64,000 nt of DNA, taken from Eledone cirrhosa (Eukaryota). This document shows, in pieces, positions 56,818 through 64,000 of this stretch. The stretch's first letter is position 1, and each line of letters starts with the position of its first letter. Location of the stretch: assembly GCA_964016885.1 (NCBI GenBank), contig OZ024762.1, positions 12,028,001 to 12,092,000 on the forward strand, read 5' to 3'. Made by a program: the position numbers and the translations under genes. Below the pieces are notes generated by a model that saw only the letters and a list, made by a program, of their open reading frames with translations, did not search any database and had not been told where the DNA came from.

Positions 56818-57179
56818 ACCCCCCCCAACACACACACTATGGCACCTCAGTTCACCTGCTTGTTTCGTTCCTGAAGGCTGTTTGTTATCTGAAATGTTTG
56901 GAAACCGAAACTATTTTTCCCATACAAAATGTTGAGAGACAAATTCAATGAGAGAGAGAGAGAAAGGGAGATAGAGACAGAGAGAGAGTGTGTTTGTGAA
57001 AGACAGATAGATATCACCATAGTAACTAACTAAACAGGAAGTAATACTTTCTCACCGATACTTCCAGCTAGTTGCCAACTATTGTTGCCAGTTTGTGTGT
57101 TTGTTATTTGAGACGTTTGTAAACCAAGACGTTTTATGTTAGGAAAGATTGTTTGTGAACCAAGGTTCCACTGTACATA

Positions 57180-58385
57180 TACTACTACTACTACTACCGT
57201 CACTACTACTACCATTATTACCACCACCACCACCATTTCTTACTACAACAACACCAACCGCCGCCGCCATTTCTTACTACAACACCAACCACCACCACCA
57301 CTACTACTACTATCACCACCACCACTACTATTACTACTACCACTACAACCACCACCACCACCGCCACCACTACCACCACCACAACAACCACCACCACCAC
57401 CACTACTACCACAACCACAACCACAACAACAACTACCACCACAACCAGCACCACCACTACTACCACCACCACTACTATTACCACCACCACTATTACTACT
57501 ACCACCACTACTACCACCACCACTACTACCACTATCACCACCACTACCACTACCACCACCACCACCACAACAACCACCACCAGCACCACAACCACCACCA
57601 CCACCACTACTACCACTACCACAACCACCACTACAACAACAACCACTACCACTACCACCACCACAACAACAACCACCACCACTACCACCACAACCACCAC
57701 CACAACTACTACCACCACCACCACCACAACCACCACTACTATTACTACTACCACCACAACCACCACCACCACCACCACCACCACAACAACAACAACAACA
57801 ACCACCACCACAACAACCACCACCACTACCACCACCACCACCACCACTACTACCACTACCACAACCACCACCACCACCACCACAACAACAACCACTACCA
57901 CCACAACCACAACAACAACCACTACCACCACAACCACCACCACCACTACCACCACCACCACCACCACTACTATTACTACTACCACCACAACCCCCACTAT
58001 TATTACTACTACCACCACAACCACCACCACCACCACAACAACCACCACCACAACAACCACCACCACTACCACCACTACTACCACTACCACAACCACCACC
58101 ACCACCACCACAACAACAACCACTACCACCACAACCACCACCACCACTACCACCACCACCACCACCACCACCACTACTATTACTACTACCACCACAACCC
58201 CCACTATTATTACTACTACCACCACAACCACCACCACCACAACAACCACCACCACCACCACCACAACAACAACCACCACCACTACCACCACCACCACTAC
58301 TACCACCACCACTACCACCACCACCACCACTACTACCACCACCACTACCACTACCACTACCACCACCTCCACCACCACCACCTCT
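57180..58385. repeat. (CAC/CAA/TAC)n trinucleotide array, 1.2 kb
   Basis: Direct inspection. Confidence 0.9.
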
Positions 58386-58727
58386 GTAAAGTTCTACATG
58401 GTTGTTATTCTGGTCAAATCCAACCAGTTCTCAGCCAGTAGCCACCAATATTTCTCTCCATACAAATATTTGGTAGCCATTACAAAAACTTGCTTTCATC
58501 TGCAAAATTTCTTCATATTTCTTCTTTCTTCTTTTCTTCTTCTTTTCTTCATAATTCTTTTTTCTTCATATTTCTTACTTTCTTCTTTTTCTTTGTTTCT
58601 TCTTTTTCTTTGTTTCTTCTTTTCTTTCTTTTTTCTTTTCTTCTTTTACTTTGTTCTTTTTCTTTTTTATTTGCAAAACTATTTATATGGTTTACACACT
58701 CTCTCTCTCTCTCATCTCCCTACCACT

Positions 58728-58778
<51 letters not shown>

Positions 58779-59202
58779 CTATCATTTCCCTACCACTATA
58801 CAATCTCTCTCTCTCTCATGCTCTTACTGTATCTCTCTCCGTACCCCTTTCTCTCTGTATGTTTCACCCCTCACCCCAATACTCTTTCTATCTCTCCCTC
58901 TTATCTACCTACTCCCTCTCTCTAATACTCATTCTCTATATCTGTCACTACTGTATCCATCCCTCCTCCCTACTCTCTAATACTCCCTCTCTCTCTATCT
59001 CTCCCTCTCTCCCATCTACCCCCTCTCTCTATCTCTCCCTCCTTCCCTCCTATCTACCTCCTCTCTCTATCTCTCCCTCCCTCCCTCTCTCTCTATCTCC
59101 CCCCTACCACCACCACCCATTATGTCTCCTCTATATATTAATTATGTTGATGATTATAATGTATGTTGTGCAGCTGTTGGTTGAAGATAGCCTGGATGGT
59201 CA

Positions 59203-59240
<38 letters not shown>

Positions 59241-60049
59241 CCCCCCACTCCCTTCTCTCTCATTCTCTCTGTCTCTCTCTCACTCTCTCTCCTCTCCTCT
59301 TTCTCTCACTCTGTCTCTCACCTCTCACCATACACTGACACCCCCCACCCACACACACATACACTGACACACACACATACACTGACACATGCACACATAC
59401 ACTGACACACACACACACACACACTGACACTCATTCTCAGACACAAACATGCACACATACACATGCATATACACACATATAGAAAGAGACTCTCACACAC
59501 ATACAGGGACACATACACATGCATAGATACTCACAAAGATGCACACACACACACACACACACACAGACACACAAATACTTGTACACACACATGCACACGC
59601 ATACTTGTACACACACACACACACACAGAGACACACATACTTGCACACACACACAGATACACACACACATAAATTGCTGCTTTCAGATAGCTAATTTGTA
59701 GTCCCCAGTCTTTACCTTCTTTTTCACTGTCTGTCTGTATGTCTGGATGTATGTCTGTCTGGCTGTATGACTGTCTGTCTGTCTGTATGTCTGTCTCTCT
59801 GTCTATCTGTCTGCATGACTGTCTGTTTGTCTGGTTGTATGTCTATCTGTCTGTCTGTCAGTCTGCATGACTGTCTGTCTGGATGTATGTCTGTCTGGTT
59901 GTATGTCTGTCTGTCTGGCTGTATGTCTGTCTGTATGACTATGTATGTATGTCTCCCTGTCTGTCAGTATGTGTGTATGACTCTGAATCTTTTCATATTA
60001 CCCAACTATTGAGTACTCTGGTGTGTTATGGTCCACCTGGTATATTACC

Positions 60050-61060
60050 ATCATCATCATCATTGTTTTCCACGCTGGCATGGGTTAGACGAGTTGTTCT
60101 GTTGTGGGCAATGTTAGGTCAGGTGACCATGTCTTGTACATACAGAACTGATTTTGGCTTGGTTTCTACAGCTGGAGGCCCTTCCTAACACCAACCACTT
60201 TACAGTGTGGACTGGGTGTTTTTTGTTGTGACACCTACATGACCACTTTACAGTGTGTACTGGGTGTTTTTTGTTGTGACACCTACATGACCACTTTACA
60301 GTGTAGACTGGGTACTTTTTGTCATGACACCTACATGACCACTTTACAGTGTGGACTGGGTGTTTTTTGTTGTGACACCTACATGACCACTTTACAGTGT
60401 GTACTGGGTGTTTTTTGTTGTGACACCTACATGACCACTTTACAGTGTAGACTGGGTACTTTTTGTCATGACACCTACATGACCACTTTACAGTGTGGAC
60501 TGGGTTTTTTTTGTTGTGACACCTACATGACCACTTTACAGTGTGGGCTGGGTGCTTTTTGTTGTGACACCTACATGACCACTTTACAGTGTGGGCTGGG
60601 TGCTTTTTGTTGTGACACCTACATGACCACTTTACAGTGTAGACTGGGTACTTTTTGTCATGACACCTACATGACCACTTTACAGTGTGGACTGGGTGTT
60701 TTTTGTTGTGACACCTACATGACCACTTTACAGTGTGTACTGAGTGTTTTTTGTTGTGACACCTACATGACCACTTTACAGTGTGGGCTGGGTGCTTTTT
60801 GTTGTGACACCTACATGACCACTTTACAGTGTGGACTGGGTTTTTTTTGTTGTGACACCTACATGACCACTTTACAGTGTGGGCTGGGTGCTTTTTGTTG
60901 TGACACCTACATGACCACTTTACAGTGTGGGCTGGGTGCTTTTTGTTGTGACACCAACACACCCACCTTACAGTGTGGACGGTACTTTTTGTTGTGACAC
61001 CTACACAACCACTTTACAGTGAGAGGGGGGGGAGGGTTTACTGTCTATATGCTTCAGGTT
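60050..61060 (-). mobile_element. RTE-A 3'UTR with a 48-bp unit expanded to about 17 copies (60193-61020)
   Basis: Flanks match 37954-38110 and 38220-38265; unit ACCACTTTACAGTGTGGACTGGGTGTTTTTTGTTGTGACACCTACATG. Confidence 0.8.
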
Positions 61061-61699
61061 GTGTGTGTGTGTATGTGGATGTAGATTAACATTAAGAATT
61101 ATTTAATAGTAATTTGCATTCATCTCTTGCACTTGAGAGTGGTGGTGGATTGGCAGAATTGTTAGAGCGTTGGATAAAATACCTTGCAGCATTTATTCTC
61201 TGGTCCTTACATTCTTACCCTAAATCTCACTGAGACCAACTTTGGTTTTCAACCTTCCAGGGTTGATAAACTAAAGTACCAGTCATATACTGGGGGAGGG
61301 GGGGGGGGGTTAATATTATCAACTTTTCTCCTGACAAATTGCTGGTCTTATTCCTAGATTAAAAATCATTCATATTTTTTTCACCATTCCTCGCTTTTCT
61401 TTATTATTGATTCAGAAAACTAATTAAACCTACTTACTCTAATTAGTATATTTTTGTCTCATTAAAATTTAATCTTTTGTCGTTTTTATTGTCACGTTTC
61501 TTTAATCTACATTAAAATACCAAAACAAAACGTCTCTTCTATAATTTTTCTATCCAGCACCATTCCACGTCTTACTCCTTTTCTCTCTTGCCCCATTAAA
61601 AATTCAGTTACAGTTAACCTTTTTGTTATATTTCTAATTAAATATACTAAATATGCTTTATTTCAATTAATTAAAACTGATGAAGAATGTGGAAGGATC

Positions 61700-62075
61700 G
61701 TAAAGCAAGGCTTGGACGCTGAAGGCTTCCTGTTCTGCGGTGGTAAACCCCTCTTCTGGGATGCCACATGCAGTAACACTTTCTCTAACGGCAACCTGGT
61801 GCAGTCTGTGACTAACTCAGGCTCTGCTGCACTTCAGGCTAAGGAGGGTAAACTCTCCAAATATCAGTCTCTCTGACAGGTTTGCAATTGAGCCCTTAGT
61901 AGTGGAGACTTTTGGTGTCCTTGGCCCTAGGACCACCTCCCTACTCACTACCTTTGGCACGGAGTTGGAGACTTCTGGGTCCTTGGCCTTATGACCACCT
62001 CCCTTCTCACGACCATCGGCACTGTGTTGGCTACTCATAGTAGTGGAGACATCTGGGTCCTTGGCCCTAGGACTA
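61700..62075 (+). pseudogene. CRE-like non-LTR retrotransposon, restriction-like endonuclease domain fragment
   Basis: GKPLFWDATCSNTFSNGNL...GSAALQAKEGKLSKYQSL, then a frameshift, then DRFAIEPLVVETFGVLGP; fits the WD.T...K..KY...vEt.G..G pattern of RLE domains. Confidence 0.65.
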
Positions 62076-62095
62076 TATAATTATATATATATATA

Positions 62096-62498
62096 TCATC
62101 ATCATCATCATCATCATCATCAACGTTTAACGTCCGTGTTCCACGCTTGCATGGGTTTGGACGGGGGTAGTCCCACTTGAGGCAAGAGTGATTGTCTTGC
62201 TCGCATAGGACTGTCTGGCAGGTTTTCTACAGTTGGATGCCCTTCCTAACACCAACCACATTTACAGTGTGGGTCTGGGAGGTTTTTACCGTGTTGCCTA
62301 CACGGCCACATTTACAGCGTGGACTGTGTTTTTTTGTTGTGACACCTACACGATCTCATTTGTTTCGGCCTCGATGGCGCGGCACCAACATAACTTTACA
62401 TAGAACGGGGTGGTGTGGATGGGGTGGGGGTGGTGGTGGTGGTGGGACGGGGTGTATTTTGTTAGAGATGCCTACTGACTGTAGTAGGTTTTACTTTA
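62096..62498 (-). mobile_element. RTE-A2 3'UTR
   Basis: Matches 40810-41200. Confidence 0.8.
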
Positions 62499-63053
62499 TA
62501 TATATATATATATATATATACACATACATACACCTAATTAATTTGTATTTAAAGTTTACTAAAATACACCTTATCTTGCAGAACTGATTTTGGTATGAAC
62601 TGCTTTGGAATATTTTCTATATTTCTAATAGTTGGCTAATTATTATTGATTTTATATATTGATACAAGGTCACCGATTTCTTGTGGTGGAAAAACTTACA
62701 GTTGATTGAACGGAGTGTAGAGAATCTGTGTGTTGTTATTGAAGTAACTGAAACAGTTAGCTGTAGGCTGGCCCAGTTTACTGATCTGTGTAGAACATGG
62801 TAAGAGGAACTACGTGTTCTTGTAAACAGCTACATCCTTGTGATGTGTTTAGAGTTAAAGAGGAAATGAATAAGATGGTGATTATAATAATGAAAATAAT
62901 AATAATAATAGTAACAATAATAATGATTAAAATGATTGTGTACAGTGCTCGGGTGCACTACAACTCATCAAAGGTGTATGTATAGTACATAGAATAATGT
63001 ACAAATGTCAGGAAAGTGAACAGTGTATGAGTCATGATATACACACAGATACA

Positions 63054-63089
<36 letters not shown>

Positions 63090-63116
63090 ATTATATATAT
63101 AATTATATATATATAT

Positions 63117-63158
<42 letters not shown>

Positions 63159-63499
63159 CGAAGGAGTTGTTGTAAGGAACCAGATGGACCAAAACGCACC
63201 AGAGTACTCAATAGCCTTCGAAACGGCTTGTGCATGTATAGTACATAAAATATTGATTTCTAATATAGGTACAAGGCCAGCAATTTGGAGAGAGGGGAAA
63301 GTTGATTAAATCGATCCCAGTGCATTACTGGTACTTTATTTTATTGACTCAGTAAGGATGAAAGGCAAAGTAAACCTTGCTGGGATTTGAACTCAGAATG
63401 TAAAGAGAACAATACCTAAAAAAAGTGGCTGGTTACGGCCGGTTTGAACAGAAAGAGGTGAGAGAATTCTGACCAGATATAGCCAGTTTAATTCTTTAC

Positions 63500-64000
63500 T
63501 ATTTACATTACTCTCTATATACTATTGTATTTTCACAGTAAAGGCTTTACCTCACATAATATCTCACATAACATTTACATTACTCTATATATGCTATTGT
63601 ATTTTCACAGTAAAGGCTTTACCTCACATAATATCTCACATAACATTTACATTACTCTATATATACTATTGTATTTTCCCAGTAAAGGCTTTACCTCACA
63701 TAATATCTCACATAACATTTAGATTACTCAATATATACTATTGTATTTTCACAGTAAAGACTTTACCTTACATAATATCTCACATACCATTTACATTACT
63801 CTATATATACTATTGTATTTTCACAGTAAAGGCTTTACCTCACATAATATCTCACATAACATTTACATTACTCTATATATACTATTATATTTTCACAGTA
63901 AAGACTTTACCTCACATAATACCTCACATAACATTTACATTACTCTATATATACTATTGTATTTTCACAGTAAAGACTTTACTTTACATAATATCGAATC
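63500..64000 (+). repeat. 72-bp MITE1-derived tandem array, 7 units
   Basis: Same unit as 19489-20470; runs into the MITE 3' half (ATATCGAATC) at the window edge. Confidence 0.85.

Noticed and set aside
57136-58441. Pro/Gln-rich, His-rich and poly-Val ORFs
   Set aside because: Trinucleotide array open in several frames and on both strands, with no domain or splice context.
60114-60997. CRISPR-like array or Cys-rich repeat protein
   Set aside because: Head-to-tail 48-bp units with no unique spacers, no cas genes, eukaryotic context, and derivation from a LINE UTR.
61677-61705. CTGATGA as a hammerhead core
   Set aside because: No paired stem II or GAAA follows.

Overview
AT-rich eukaryotic non-coding DNA, probably intronic or intergenic. 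The (TA)n/(CA)n density and SINE types suggest an octopus or other coleoid cephalopod; this is an inference. No host protein-coding gene is supportable. Nearly all listed ORFs are microsatellite or minisatellite translations, and the only protein-like segments are decayed non-LTR retrotransposon ORF2 ends (several RTE families, one Tx1/L1, one CR1-like, one CRE-like RLE domain). The window also holds about 10 copies of a tRNA/CORE SINE, about 10 copies of a second tRNA SINE, piggyBac-type (TTAA) MITEs, Tc1/mariner-type MITEs and several TE-seeded minisatellites. The most striking signal is a set of short non-coding elements inserted in (TA)n tracts. Several carry complete minimal type-I hammerhead ribozyme folds whose stem-III loops vary but stay palindromic (21769-21838, 39748-39807, 56023-56083, 56264-56341). 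These families recur as head-to-head fold-back palindromes that turn at or beside the ribozyme core, consistent with a Penelope-like/retrozyme-type system. Other highlights are a mosaic SINE assembled from two RTE 3' ends that are both present in the window, a (TATC)n-specific Tx1 LINE, and satellites born inside MITEs and LINE UTRs.
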